Below are positions 10,193 through 19,598 of a DNA stretch of 64,000 nucleotides, piece by piece. The translations under genes were made by a program, and so were the position numbers. Under the pieces are notes generated by a model. That model had not been told where the DNA came from. It did no database searches and saw only the letters and a program-made list of their open reading frames with translations. Position 1 is the first letter of the stretch. Every line of letters starts with the position of its first letter. This DNA comes from Dehalococcoidia bacterium (GTDB taxonomy: Bacteria; Chloroflexota; Dehalococcoidia; UBA2979), in assembly GCA_965262725.1 (NCBI GenBank), contig OZ253555.1, positions 2,656,001 to 2,720,000 of the forward strand, written 5' to 3'.

Positions 10193-11466
10193 GTCCCGCC
10201 AGACGGCCGCTCGACGGCATCCGCATCGCCGACCTCACCGCGATGTGGGCTGGTCCCTACGCGACGATGGTGCTCGCCGACTTCGGCGCCGATGTCATCA
10301 AGGTGGAGGCTCCGCGCGCCTGGGACAATTTGCGCACGCTGATCCGGCCTCCCCTCGCGCTGGGCGAGCACTGGTGGAACTCCAACGCCTACTTCCAGGA
10401 ATACAACCGCAACAAGCGCTCGCTAACCCTCGACCTGACGAACGAGCGAGGCAAGGAGCTGTTCGGCCGGCTCGTCGCGCAGAGCGACGTCGTCATCGAG
10501 AACTTCCGGGCCGACGTCATGGACCGGCTCGGCATCGGCCCCGACTGGCTTCGCGAGCAGTGCGAGGACATCATCGTGGTCGGGATGGCGAGCTTCGGGA
10601 AGACCGGTCCCGACGCGAGCGCCATGGCCTACGGCCCCGTCGTCGAGCAGCTCTCGGGACTCGCATCGCTCACCGGCTACGGCGACGGCATCCCGTTCAA
10701 GACTGGCGTCTCCTACGGCGATCCGGTCGCCGGTGTCGCGGCGGCCGCCGCCGTCGTCACGGCACTGATCCAGCGCCGGCGCACCGGCCGCGGGCAGGTC
10801 ATCGATCTCGCGCAGCGCGAGCCTATGACGACGCTGATCGGCGAGGCCTTCATGGAGTGGGCGATGAACGGGCGCCTCGTGCCGCACCGCGGAAACGAGA
10901 GCGAGAGCATGGCACCCCACAACGCCTACGCGTGCGCGGGCGAAGACGAGTGGATCGCCATCGCCGTGCGGAGCGACAAGGAATGGACGGGTCTGCGTTC
11001 CGCGATGGGCGACCCGGAGGAGGCCAGAGACGACCGCTTCGCCGCGGCGGCCTCTCGCCCCGAGCACCGCGAGGACCTCGATCGCATCGTCGGGGCGTGG
11101 ACCGCGACGCTCAGCAAGCAGGAGGCCTTCGAGCGCTGCCACCAGCACGGCGTGCCCGCGGGGCCCGTGTGGACGGTGCCCGAGCTGCTCGGTGACCCGC
11201 ACCTCGCCGAGCGGGGTTACTACGAAGACGCCGAGCACCCCGAGGTGGGCACGTGGGCGATGCACGGCTGGCTCTGGCGCACCGCCGGCGCCGGCCCGTG
11301 CATCCTGGCTCCGGCGCCCGACCTCGGCAGCGACAACCGCGAGATCCTCGGCGGCCTGCTGGGCGTCAGCGCCGAGGAGATAGACGCCCTCGAAGCGATC
11401 GGCGTGATCGGCGACACGCCGATCGGCGAGCGCCCCCGATCCGAGATCGTCGGCTCCCGGAGATAG
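10189..11466 (+). CDS. Family III CoA-transferase (CaiB/BaiF)
   Basis: PLDGIRIADLT..WAGP, NRNKRSLTLDL, ENFRADVM, SYGDPVAG (catalytic Asp); ATGA overlap with upstream gene. Confidence 0.94.
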   Translation: MSPARRPLDGIRIADLTAMWAGPYATMVLADFGADVIKVEAPRAWDNLRTLIRPPLALGEHWWNSNAYFQEYNRNKRSLTLDLTNERGKELFGRLVAQSDVVIENFRADVMDRLGIGPDWLREQCEDIIVVGMASFGKTGPDASAMAYGPVVEQLSGLASLTGYGDGIPFKTGVSYGDPVAGVAAAAAVVTALIQRRRTGRGQVIDLAQREPMTTLIGEAFMEWAMNGRLVPHRGNESESMAPHNAYACAGEDEWIAIAVRSDKEWTGLRSAMGDPEEARDDRFAAAASRPEHREDLDRIVGAWTATLSKQEAFERCHQHGVPAGPVWTVPELLGDPHLAERGYYEDAEHPEVGTWAMHGWLWRTAGAGPCILAPAPDLGSDNREILGGLLGVSAEEIDALEAIGVIGDTPIGERPRSEIVGSRR

Positions 11467-11476
11467 GCGGCCAGCC

Positions 11477-13012
11477 GTGACCGCAGGCGACGCCGCCCGC
11501 TCGGCCGCGGGGGGGCCGAGCGTCCCGTCCCTCGAATGGCTCTTTCACCCGCGCTCGATCGCCGTGGTCGGCGTCCCCTCCGGCGACCCGCGGGGCGGCA
11601 ACTTCCTCCGAGCGCTCCGTGCTCTCGGCTACGACCGTGAGCGCGCGCTCTACCCGGTGAACCCGAGGCTCCGCGAGGCGGCCGGGATCCGCTGCTACCC
11701 CTCCCTCCTCGACTGCCCCGGACCCGTTGATCACGTCATCTCCCGCGTGCCGGCGGCGGCGGTCCCGGAGCTCGTCGAACACTGCGTTGCGCGGGGAGTG
11801 CGCTCGCTCCAGCTTTTCACGGCCGGCTTCTCCGAGACCGGCGACCCGGGCCGTGCCGGGATCGAGGAGCGCGCCGTCGCGCGCGCACTCGGAGCCGGCA
11901 TTCGCGTGATCGGCCCGAACTGCATGGGCCTCTACGTCCCCGACGAGCGGATCGCCTTCACCGGCAGCCCGCCGGTCGACTCGGGAAACGTCTTCCTGCT
12001 GTCGCAGTCCGGCGTGCACGCGGCCGACCTGATCTTCCGCCTGGCCGCCGTGGGGATGCGGTTCTCCAAGGTCGTCTCGTACGGGAACGGAGCCGATCTC
12101 GCGGCCCACGACTTCATGGACTATGCCGCCGACGACGCTCAGACAGCGGTCGTCGGCGCCTACATCGAGGGCGTGCCGGACGGGCCGGCCTTCGCCCGAG
12201 CACTCCGGCGCTGCGCGGCGACGAAGCCGACCGTGATCCTCAAGGCCGGGACCTCCGATGCCGGCGCACGGGCGGTTCGCTCGCACACGGGGTCGCTCGC
12301 CGGATCCGGGAGGGTCTTCGAGGCGCTCTGCCGCCAGGCGGGGGCCCAGCTCGTCGGAAACATGGCGGAGCTGCGCGAGACGCTCATCGCGCTGACGAGC
12401 TCCGCGGGGCGCGTGGCGGGGCCGCGCATCGCGATGCTGAGCTCGGGTGGCGGGGTCGGGGTTCTGGCCACGGACGCCTTCGCGCGCGCCGGTCTCGACG
12501 TGCCGGAACTGCCGCCACAGACCCGCGAGGAGCTCGCGGCCTTTATTCCCGTCGCAGGGACCAGTGCCCGCAATCCCATCGACGCGGAAGCCTTCGGCGG
12601 CCGGGGTCTCGGCCACGGAGACCGCGAGCGGCGGCGAGGGATCCTGAGCGCCGTTGCCCGCTCGGGCGTCGCCGACGCGATTGTCGTCTCGCCCGGGATC
12701 GTCCAGGGCGCGCACGGGAGCCGCGTTCCCTGGAACGACGAGGCGCCCGCCGCCTCCTCGCTCGACGAGGCGAGCTCGGAGGCGAGGGAGCTCGCCTCCG
12801 AGCTCACCGTGGCGCAGGAGGAGGCTGGCTGCCCGCTTCTCTACGTCGGGCGCGCCCGGGTCTGGGGAGATCTCGGCCGCGACCTCGAGGTGGAGCGGGC
12901 GCTCTACAGCTCCGGAATCGCGAGCTACGACTCTATCGAGAGCGCCGCCTCAACCCTCAGGCGCATGCTCGACTGGCGATGCCGGCGCGAGGGGCTGCCG
13001 GTGATCTTCTAG
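11477..13012 (+). CDS. Acyl-CoA synthetase (NDP-forming) alpha-subunit-like CoA-binding protein
   Basis: LFHPRSIAVVG, YPVNP, TAGFSETG, IGPNCMG, SQSG, VSYGNGAD, SHTGSLAG phospho-His, NPID; no ATP-grasp domain. Confidence 0.88.
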   Translation: MTAGDAARSAAGGPSVPSLEWLFHPRSIAVVGVPSGDPRGGNFLRALRALGYDRERALYPVNPRLREAAGIRCYPSLLDCPGPVDHVISRVPAAAVPELVEHCVARGVRSLQLFTAGFSETGDPGRAGIEERAVARALGAGIRVIGPNCMGLYVPDERIAFTGSPPVDSGNVFLLSQSGVHAADLIFRLAAVGMRFSKVVSYGNGADLAAHDFMDYAADDAQTAVVGAYIEGVPDGPAFARALRRCAATKPTVILKAGTSDAGARAVRSHTGSLAGSGRVFEALCRQAGAQLVGNMAELRETLIALTSSAGRVAGPRIAMLSSGGGVGVLATDAFARAGLDVPELPPQTREELAAFIPVAGTSARNPIDAEAFGGRGLGHGDRERRRGILSAVARSGVADAIVVSPGIVQGAHGSRVPWNDEAPAASSLDEASSEARELASELTVAQEEAGCPLLYVGRARVWGDLGRDLEVERALYSSGIASYDSIESAASTLRRMLDWRCRREGLPVIF

Positions 13013-13054
13013 CGCGCGGGCTTGCGCAGCCCGCAGCCCGCGCGCATCCGGTCC

Positions 13055-14245
13055 CTAGACAGCCTCGAAGAGCGACGCGAAGCCCTGTCCGCCGCCCACG
13101 CACATCGTCACGACGCCGTAGCGCCCGCCCCGGCGTCCGAGCTCGCGCAGGAGGTGGCCGACCTGCCGCGAGCCCGTCACCCCGTAGGGATGCCCTATCG
13201 AGATCGCCCCGCCGTTCACGTTCAGCGACTCGTCCGGGATGTCGAGCATCTTCTGCACCTGCACCACCTGCACGGCGAAGGCCTCGTTCAGCTCCCACAG
13301 ATCGATGTCGCCCGGGGAGACGCCGCTCCTCTCGAGCAGGCGCGGGGCCGCCTTCGCGGGGCCGATGCCCATCTCGTCGGGATCGACCCCGGCGATGGAA
13401 GTGCCGCGGTAGATTCCCATAGGCTCCAGGCCCAGCTGCGCCGCGCGCTCCGCCGACATCACCAGGGTCGCCGAGGCGCCGTCGGAGAACTGGGAGGAAT
13501 TCCCCGCCGTCACCGAGCCGGAGCCGTCCCGGGTAAAGACCGAGGGGAGGTTCGCCAGCGCCTCTATCGTCGTGTCGGGGCGGTTGCACTCGTCGCGCTC
13601 GAGCACCGCCTCCTCCTCGTACGGCTCGCCGTCCCTCGGGCTGACCCGCCGCACGGTGGAGACGGGGACGATCTCGTGGGCGAAGATCCCCTCCCGCTGC
13701 GCCCGGGCGGTGCGTTGCTGGCTGCGCAGCGCATAGGAGTCCTGCTCCTCGCGGCTCACGCCGTAGCGTTCGGCCACGACCTCGGCCGTCCGCCCCATGA
13801 CCCAGTAGACGGCCGGCCAGTCGGCGCGCACCTTCGGGTTCACGAGGTGATTCATATTGCGACTGCCGTCATCGATCATCGAAATCGTCTCGACGCCGCC
13901 GGCCACCACGATGTCGAGCCCGTCCTGGATCACCTGGTTCGCCGCCGTCGCCACCGCCTGCGCCCCGGAGGCGCAGAACCGGTTGATGGTCTGGCCGGGC
14001 ACCGACGTCGGCAGCCCCGCGAGCACGCCCGCGATCCTCGCGACGTTGAGACCCTGCGCCCCCTCCGGGAAGCCGCAACCGATCGTGACGTCCTGCACCT
14101 CGGCCTTGTCGAGCTCGGGGTGGCGCGTGAAGAGCTCGTCGATGACCTGGGCGAGCAGGTCATCGGGGCGCGTGATGTTCAGTGAGCCCCGGAACGACTT
14201 CCCCAGCGGCGTCCGGACGCTGTCGACGATCACAGCCTCGCGCAT
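13055..14245 (-). CDS. Thiolase (acetyl-CoA C-acyltransferase)
   Basis: MREAVIVDSVRTP, NRFCASG, ELNEAFA, GHPYG, TMCVGGGQG. Confidence 0.96.
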   Translation of the reverse strand: MREAVIVDSVRTPLGKSFRGSLNITRPDDLLAQVIDELFTRHPELDKAEVQDVTIGCGFPEGAQGLNVARIAGVLAGLPTSVPGQTINRFCASGAQAVATAANQVIQDGLDIVVAGGVETISMIDDGSRNMNHLVNPKVRADWPAVYWVMGRTAEVVAERYGVSREEQDSYALRSQQRTARAQREGIFAHEIVPVSTVRRVSPRDGEPYEEEAVLERDECNRPDTTIEALANLPSVFTRDGSGSVTAGNSSQFSDGASATLVMSAERAAQLGLEPMGIYRGTSIAGVDPDEMGIGPAKAAPRLLERSGVSPGDIDLWELNEAFAVQVVQVQKMLDIPDESLNVNGGAISIGHPYGVTGSRQVGHLLRELGRRGGRYGVVTMCVGGGQGFASLFEAV

Positions 14246-14351
14246 CTCGACTCCCCTCGTGACCTCACCTGGTGGCGACTCTCGCCTGAACGGCGTCCCG
14301 ATCATACTGTCGGCTGCGTAGGCGGGGGACCAGAGGAAACGGAGTCAGACG

Positions 14352-15152
14352 ATGACGGAGAACGGGACGCCGGGATACGAGACGATCGTCGTCGAGGAGC
14401 GAGAGCGCACGCTCTGGGTCGGCATGAACCGCCCAGAGGTCCTGAACGCGACGAACCAGACCATGCTCGATGAGCTCCACGACGCCTTCACCCGCCTCGA
14501 TGAGGATCCCGGTATCGGCGTCGGCGTGCTCTACGGCATCGGTCGCGCCTTCTCGGCCGGCGGCGACATCCGCGCGATGATGGCTCTCAACGAGCAGACC
14601 GGGCACGTCTGGAACAACAAGATGCGCCGTCTCTGCATGCAGCTGCGCAACTGCGGAAAGCCGACCGTCGCCATGGTGCGCGGCTGGTGCATCGGGGGAG
14701 GCAACGAGTTCCAGCTCTACTGCGACCTCGTGGTCGCGAGCGAGAACGCGGTGTTTGGACAGTCCGGCGCGCGGGTCGGCGCGCTCCCCGTCGTCGGTGC
14801 CACGCAGTACCTGCCACTGCTGATGGGGGACCGCCGCGCGCGCGAGATGCTCTTCCTCGCTCGCCGTTACGGCGCCGCCGAGGCGAAGCAGGTGGGCCTC
14901 ATCAACGAGGTCGTGCCCGACGACCAGCTCGAGCGGACCACCGAGGAGTGGTGCGCCACCATCAACGGCCACGCACCGCTCACGCTCCGCTTCCTCAAGA
15001 CCAGCCTGAACTACCTCGGCGATCTCCACTACCCCTCGTGGATCCACGGGAGCGAGCTCCTGAACGCTGTCTGGAACCGCGAGCAGTCCACGGAGGGTAT
15101 GAGCGCCTTCCTGGAGAACCGCGACCCGGACTACACACGCTTCGACCGCTGA
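14352..15152 (+). CDS. Crotonase family protein, MenB/BadI-like (possible ring-cleaving acyl-CoA hydrolase)
   Basis: AFSAGGD, GWCIGGGNE, FGQSGARVG, RRAREMLFLARRY, EGMSAFLENRDPDY. Confidence 0.8.
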   Translation: MTENGTPGYETIVVEERERTLWVGMNRPEVLNATNQTMLDELHDAFTRLDEDPGIGVGVLYGIGRAFSAGGDIRAMMALNEQTGHVWNNKMRRLCMQLRNCGKPTVAMVRGWCIGGGNEFQLYCDLVVASENAVFGQSGARVGALPVVGATQYLPLLMGDRRAREMLFLARRYGAAEAKQVGLINEVVPDDQLERTTEEWCATINGHAPLTLRFLKTSLNYLGDLHYPSWIHGSELLNAVWNREQSTEGMSAFLENRDPDYTRFDR

Positions 15153-15173
15153 GCCGGTCGCGCCGCGCCCGGG

Positions 15174-15500
15174 CTAGTCGGACCGGGCGGCGAGGCGAAC
15201 CGCCGTGCCGTAGACGAGGATCTCGGCGGCTCCCTGCGCGACCGAGGACGTCGTCATCCTCAGGGCGACGATGGCGTCGGCGCCGCGGCCCGCGGCCTCC
15301 TGCTCGATCTCGGCCAGCGCCTGCTCGCGCGACTCGAGCAGCAGCTGCCGGTATGCGCCGATCTCGCCGCCCACGATGTTCTTGAGCGCCGCGAGGATGT
15401 CGCGCCCGATGTGCCGCGCCCGGACGGTGTTCGCCTGCACCAGCCCCAGCGACTCCTCGATCTCGCGACCCGGCACCGTGTCGGACGTCACCACAATCAT
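15174..15500 (-). CDS. YbjQ family (UPF0145) protein
   Basis: MIVVTSDTVPG, HIGRDILAALKNIVGGEIGAY, GADAIV, EILVYGTAV. Confidence 0.93.
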   Translation of the reverse strand: MIVVTSDTVPGREIEESLGLVQANTVRARHIGRDILAALKNIVGGEIGAYRQLLLESREQALAEIEQEAAGRGADAIVALRMTTSSVAQGAAEILVYGTAVRLAARSD

Positions 15501-15625
15501 CGCACTCCCCTTCAGCACCCCAGCGCCGCGCCGGGACGACACCTACGGTACGCCGAGGGGGACGCACGCACATGTCCGAGCGCCAGGCGTGGGCGCCTCC
15601 GTGCGCGCCCGGCTACGATGGGCCG

Positions 15626-15838
15626 ATGAGCGTGCTCGAGCGCTGCGCCTTTTGCCAGAACCGCCCCCGCGAGGAGTCGGCCGTGCTGCGGTGGGTGGGG
15701 CCGGCCGACCGCGCGGGCGCGGAAGAGGAGGAGCGCGTCACGCTCCCGCTCTGCACGCGCCACCTCGACCGGCTGCGACGCGCCGGCGGCTCCGGGTGGG
15801 AGCACCGCGGACGGCGCCACAAGCTCGGCTGGTGGTAG
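15626..15838 (+). CDS. Small hypothetical protein with CxxC...CxxH putative zinc site
   Basis: MSVLERCAFCQ...LPLCTRHL...KLGWW; fills the gap between two minus-strand genes; TACGAT -10 just upstream. Confidence 0.6.
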   Translation: MSVLERCAFCQNRPREESAVLRWVGPADRAGAEEEERVTLPLCTRHLDRLRRAGGSGWEHRGRRHKLGWW

Positions 15839-15854
15839 CGCCGCCGGAACCTCG

Positions 15855-16382
15855 CTAGACGCCGGTCGGCGCGGCGATGCCCGGGAAGTCGGCATACACC
15901 ACCGGACTGCGAGCGCCACTGAAGCCCTCGGCGCGCAGATAGAGCGGTGTGGTCCGGATCAGGTAGGGCACGTAGTCGTCGCCGGGGTTGTTCTCGCCTG
16001 TGTGCGTGACTTCCTCGCGCCAGCGCAGGAAGGGCCGCACCACGTCCTGATCCTCGATCAGCTCCGCGACCCCCTCCACCCAGATCGAGATCGGGTCGTT
16101 GCCGCGGTGCCGCGGGAGCATTCCCGAGAAGAGGTAGCCGACGCGCGGGTCGCGGCGGACGTGCCCGGTCTTGAAGTGAAGATCCTGTGTCACCGTCTGG
16201 ATGTGCCAGCCGTCCACCATGTAGGCGTTGACCGGCCTCACCCGCGGCCGGCCGTCGCGCCGGTAGGTGAGCAGGTACTTCGCCACGTGGGTCCAGTCCG
16301 ACATGAACGCGAGGATCTCATCTCTGTAACGCTCGCCTTCCTCGGCTCTCACCGCCCGCTCGGCGTCGTACTTCTTGCCCAC
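15855..16382 (-). CDS. Pyridoxamine 5'-phosphate oxidase-like split-barrel (FMN/F420-binding) protein
   Basis: LLTYRRDGRPRVRPV, KTGHVRRDPRV, VEGVAELIED; GTG 16382 after GGGGAG RBS; paralogue of 38255-38788. Confidence 0.82.
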   Translation of the reverse strand: MGKKYDAERAVRAEEGERYRDEILAFMSDWTHVAKYLLTYRRDGRPRVRPVNAYMVDGWHIQTVTQDLHFKTGHVRRDPRVGYLFSGMLPRHRGNDPISIWVEGVAELIEDQDVVRPFLRWREEVTHTGENNPGDDYVPYLIRTTPLYLRAEGFSGARSPVVYADFPGIAAPTGV

Positions 16383-16503
16383 GGCTCCCCCTCTCGCCCG
16401 CCCCAACGGCCGGGGCCACGATAGCGCGGGCGCACACGCTGCGTAATGGGCCCGGCCGATCGGCAGGGCGAGAGGGGGCGGCCGCCCGCACCGGAACAGG
16501 TTG

Positions 16504-18003
16504 CTAGTCCCCGAGGAGGAGCGTCCTCGGGTAGAACGAAAACCAGCCGAACCAGTAGGCGAGATGGCCGGGGAGCCGCCCCAGCGAGGCGCCGCCCGGC
16601 CCCGCGAGAGTCTCCTCCGTCACACGCCACGTCGCGCCCGAGCCGTCCAGGAGGAGACCCGGTTCCGGTCCCGCGTCGAAGCTCCGCGCGCCGCGCTCGA
16701 AGGCGCGGACCGTCCGCGACGCGGGCTCCGTCACGATCACGAGCGGCAGCCCCGCAAGCTCGTCGTTGAGGACCGGCTGCTCCTGCAGATCGCGAAGCGC
16801 ATAGGCCTTCGGCCTCCCCTCCACCAGGAGGCCGAAGACGAAAGACTTCTCCGGGAGCGCCTGGCTGCGCTGGAACACCGGGAAGAGCGTGCCCGGGGAC
16901 GCGAAGTAGTCGCCGTAGGCGGCGCCGGGCCGGTAGTCGCGTTCGTATCCCGTGTCAATGTCGAGGACGAGCGTTCCCGGATGCGCCTCGAACCAGCTCC
17001 CCCAGTCCGACACCACGATCGGCAGGCGCGTGAGCTCGACGCCGCTCCCCACCCGTGGTCCCATCACGGGCTGCCCGGTGAGCTGATTCCACAGCGTGTC
17101 GCTCGAGCGGTCGTACATGAGCTTGTTGCTCTCGTAGAGCAGCCCCGAGCTGCCGAACTCCAGCACCTCGTCGCCGACGCGCGCGTCGTAGAGCACGCCC
17201 GCTCCGCACAGGGTGCAGTAGGCGAGGGCGACCGGGACACCCCCCACCACGTCGTTCGCCATCTCGTGCCAGTCGAGAATGCGCAGCGGGTAAGCGCGGG
17301 CGTCGCCCGCGATCTCGACGCCGAAGACGAGCTCGTCGGGCACGAGGTACGCAGCGTCGGTGCCCGCGACGAACGCGGGGTTCACCAGAGCGGGGATGCC
17401 GTCAACGGCGACGCCGCCCCACTGCACGAGCTCCACCCGGATGGTCGACGGGATGCCCTCTCCGATGAAGCGGCGCAGCGCGGGGTCGACGCGCGTCGCG
17501 TAGAGCTCCGCCTTCCACTCGGCGAAGCCCGGCGGAATCGGAGTCTCGGGATGTCCTCCGAGCCACTCGACGGCCGCGCCCCAGTCGCCGCCGAGATCCT
17601 CCCCCGTCAGGACCCAGAGCCCCCAGTCCATCGTCTCCTGGAGCTCGAAGGCGACCCAGAAGCGCTGGAGCTCCGTCAGCACCGGGATCAGCGCGAGCTC
17701 ATCGTCCCGCGCGGCGGCCTCGATGGCCGCCCGGATCTCGTCGGTGTCCCAGCCGGCCATCGTCTCAAGAACCTCGGCCCATCTCGCGTCGTCCCAGCCC
17801 GCGCGCTCCGCCGGGCTGGCCGCCGCCGGTGCTGCCGCGCCGGTCGGCGAGGCGGTGACGGCGGTCGGGGCGTCCGAAGCAGCAGCGGTGGGGGGCGCCG
17901 GCGCGGTCGGCGGCGCGTCGGAGCCGCACGCCGCGAGCACCGCGGTGCTGAGCGCACAGACGAGGGCCGGCACGAACCCCGGGACGTTTCGTCGCGATCG
18001 CAT
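16504..18003 (-). CDS. DUF3179 domain lipoprotein
   Basis: Lipobox LAAC, Ala/Pro linker, DGIPAL..P.F, RAYPLRILDWHEMAND, YCTLCG, FGSSGLLYESNKLMYD, LWNQ, YWFGWFSFYP. Confidence 0.9.
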   Translation of the reverse strand: MRSRRNVPGFVPALVCALSTAVLAACGSDAPPTAPAPPTAAASDAPTAVTASPTGAAAPAAASPAERAGWDDARWAEVLETMAGWDTDEIRAAIEAAARDDELALIPVLTELQRFWVAFELQETMDWGLWVLTGEDLGGDWGAAVEWLGGHPETPIPPGFAEWKAELYATRVDPALRRFIGEGIPSTIRVELVQWGGVAVDGIPALVNPAFVAGTDAAYLVPDELVFGVEIAGDARAYPLRILDWHEMANDVVGGVPVALAYCTLCGAGVLYDARVGDEVLEFGSSGLLYESNKLMYDRSSDTLWNQLTGQPVMGPRVGSGVELTRLPIVVSDWGSWFEAHPGTLVLDIDTGYERDYRPGAAYGDYFASPGTLFPVFQRSQALPEKSFVFGLLVEGRPKAYALRDLQEQPVLNDELAGLPLVIVTEPASRTVRAFERGARSFDAGPEPGLLLDGSGATWRVTEETLAGPGGASLGRLPGHLAYWFGWFSFYPRTLLLGD

Positions 18004-18130
18004 GGCACTCCAGACTCCCGGGCGGCTCTGTCCGATCGTACGCGCGCCCGGCGCGTCGGGCGTGACGAAGGTGACGCGCCCCGGGCCCGGCTATCGCCGC
18101 GGGGGGCGCGAGCGCGTAGGATCCCACGCC

Positions 18131-18880
18131 GTGGAACTCCGCGCGCCCGGCGACGACCCCCGCATCCACCGCCTCCTCGCGGAGGGGCCGCGTGCCACCT
18201 GCTTCGTCGAGCTTCCGGGAGGAACGGTGCGGATGGGTTCGACGCTTCGCGCCGACGAGCAGCCCATCATCGAGATTGGCGTGGAGAGCCTCTCCTGCGC
18301 GCTCACGCCCGTGACCAACCGCGAGTGGTCGTGCTTCCTCGCCGACACCGGCCGCGAGCCGCCGCCGTTCTGGGGGGATGAGCGTTTCTCGGCTCCGGCC
18401 CAGCCGGTTGTCGGCGTCAGCTGGGAGGACGCCGTCACCTACTGCGGCTGGCTCTCGGCGCTGCTCGGCCGGCGCTGCCGTCTCCCCACCGAGCCGGAGC
18501 GCGAGTACGCGGCGCGCGGCGGCGCCGGGACGCTCTACCCCTGGGGCGACGAGCCGTGGATGGAGGGGCCGTTCGCGCGAGGCTCACGTGGGACCGATCG
18601 GCCTCTCGCCGTCGGCACGACCGAGCCCAATGGCTTCGGCCTCTACCACATGGCCGAGAACGTCCACGAGTGGTGCCAGGACTGGTACGACGCACGCGCC
18701 TACGCGAGCGTCGCCACCCGCGCCGACCTCTGCTGGCGCGAGGCCGCCGACGGCAGCGGCCGCCGCGCCTCGCGCGGCGGCTCGTGGCGCCACCACGTCA
18801 AGGTGAGTCGCGTCGCGGCCCGCTCCTCCCTCAGCCCGACGGCGCACTACAACGACTACGGCATGCGCGTCTATGCCTGA
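18131..18880 (+). CDS. SUMF1/EgtB/PvdO (FGE-sulfatase fold) family protein
   Basis: PVTNREW, QPVVGVSWEDA..YC.W, RLPTEPEREYAARGG, YPWG, PNGFGLYHMAENVHEWC.DW, RGGSW; start uncertain. Confidence 0.85.
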   Translation: MELRAPGDDPRIHRLLAEGPRATCFVELPGGTVRMGSTLRADEQPIIEIGVESLSCALTPVTNREWSCFLADTGREPPPFWGDERFSAPAQPVVGVSWEDAVTYCGWLSALLGRRCRLPTEPEREYAARGGAGTLYPWGDEPWMEGPFARGSRGTDRPLAVGTTEPNGFGLYHMAENVHEWCQDWYDARAYASVATRADLCWREAADGSGRRASRGGSWRHHVKVSRVAARSSLSPTAHYNDYGMRVYA

Positions 18881-19523
18881 ACCCCTCCCCCCTCGCCCCG
18901 CGCGCGCCACTCAGCGACCGCGGCGCAGCGCGGCGCGGACTGCGATCGCCGGCGCCCTCGCGTTCCTCGCGGTGGCGTGCGGCGGCGGATCGGATGCGGG
19001 GGAAGGCGCGCCCGGCCCGGCGCCGACCGCGTCCGTCGCGGCGGCCGAGCCGACAGCTCAACCCACCGCTCAGGCGGCGCAGCCGAGTACCGTCACGGCC
19101 CCGGGAGGGGAGCCGCGCGTGGCCGGCCCGGGCGACACGGTCAAGGTCCACTACCACGGGACGCTCGACTCCGGCGAGGTCTTCGACTCCTCGCTGCAGC
19201 GCGCCCCGATCACGTTCACGGTCGGGAGCGGCCAGATCATCGCGGGCTTCAACGCCGCCGTGACCGGTCTCGCCGTCGGCGACTCCGTCACGGTGAGACT
19301 CGAGCCCGACCAGGCCTACGGGGAGCGCGATCCAACCGCCGTGCTCAGCCTCGCGCGCGAGGGAGCGCCCGAAGGGCTCGCGGTCGGCGACCGACTGCAG
19401 CTCGACAACGGGCTCGTGGTCACGGTGATCGGCCTGTCGGAGACCGAGATCCACCTTGACGTGAACCACCCGCTCGCGGGGATGGCGCTCACCTTCGAGA
19501 TCGAGCTCGTCTCCATCGAGTAG
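18873..19523 (+). CDS. SlyD-type FKBP peptidyl-prolyl isomerase with lipoprotein signal
   Basis: LAVAC lipobox, GDTVKVHYHGTLDSGEVFDSS, AYGER, DVNHPLAG..LTFEIEL. Confidence 0.92.
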   Translation: MPEPLPPRPARATQRPRRSAARTAIAGALAFLAVACGGGSDAGEGAPGPAPTASVAAAEPTAQPTAQAAQPSTVTAPGGEPRVAGPGDTVKVHYHGTLDSGEVFDSSLQRAPITFTVGSGQIIAGFNAAVTGLAVGDSVTVRLEPDQAYGERDPTAVLSLAREGAPEGLAVGDRLQLDNGLVVTVIGLSETEIHLDVNHPLAGMALTFEIELVSIE

Positions 19524-19598
19524 GCGCCGTGCCGGCCGTGCCCCGTTTGCACCCGCGCCCGTTGCCGCCGCCGACAGGGCGTGTCACCGTGACGGGCG

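Noticed and set aside
16504-18003. Possible selenoprotein (some DUF3179 members carry Sec)
   Set aside because: The motif is YCTLC with Cys codons and the ORF has no in-frame TGA.
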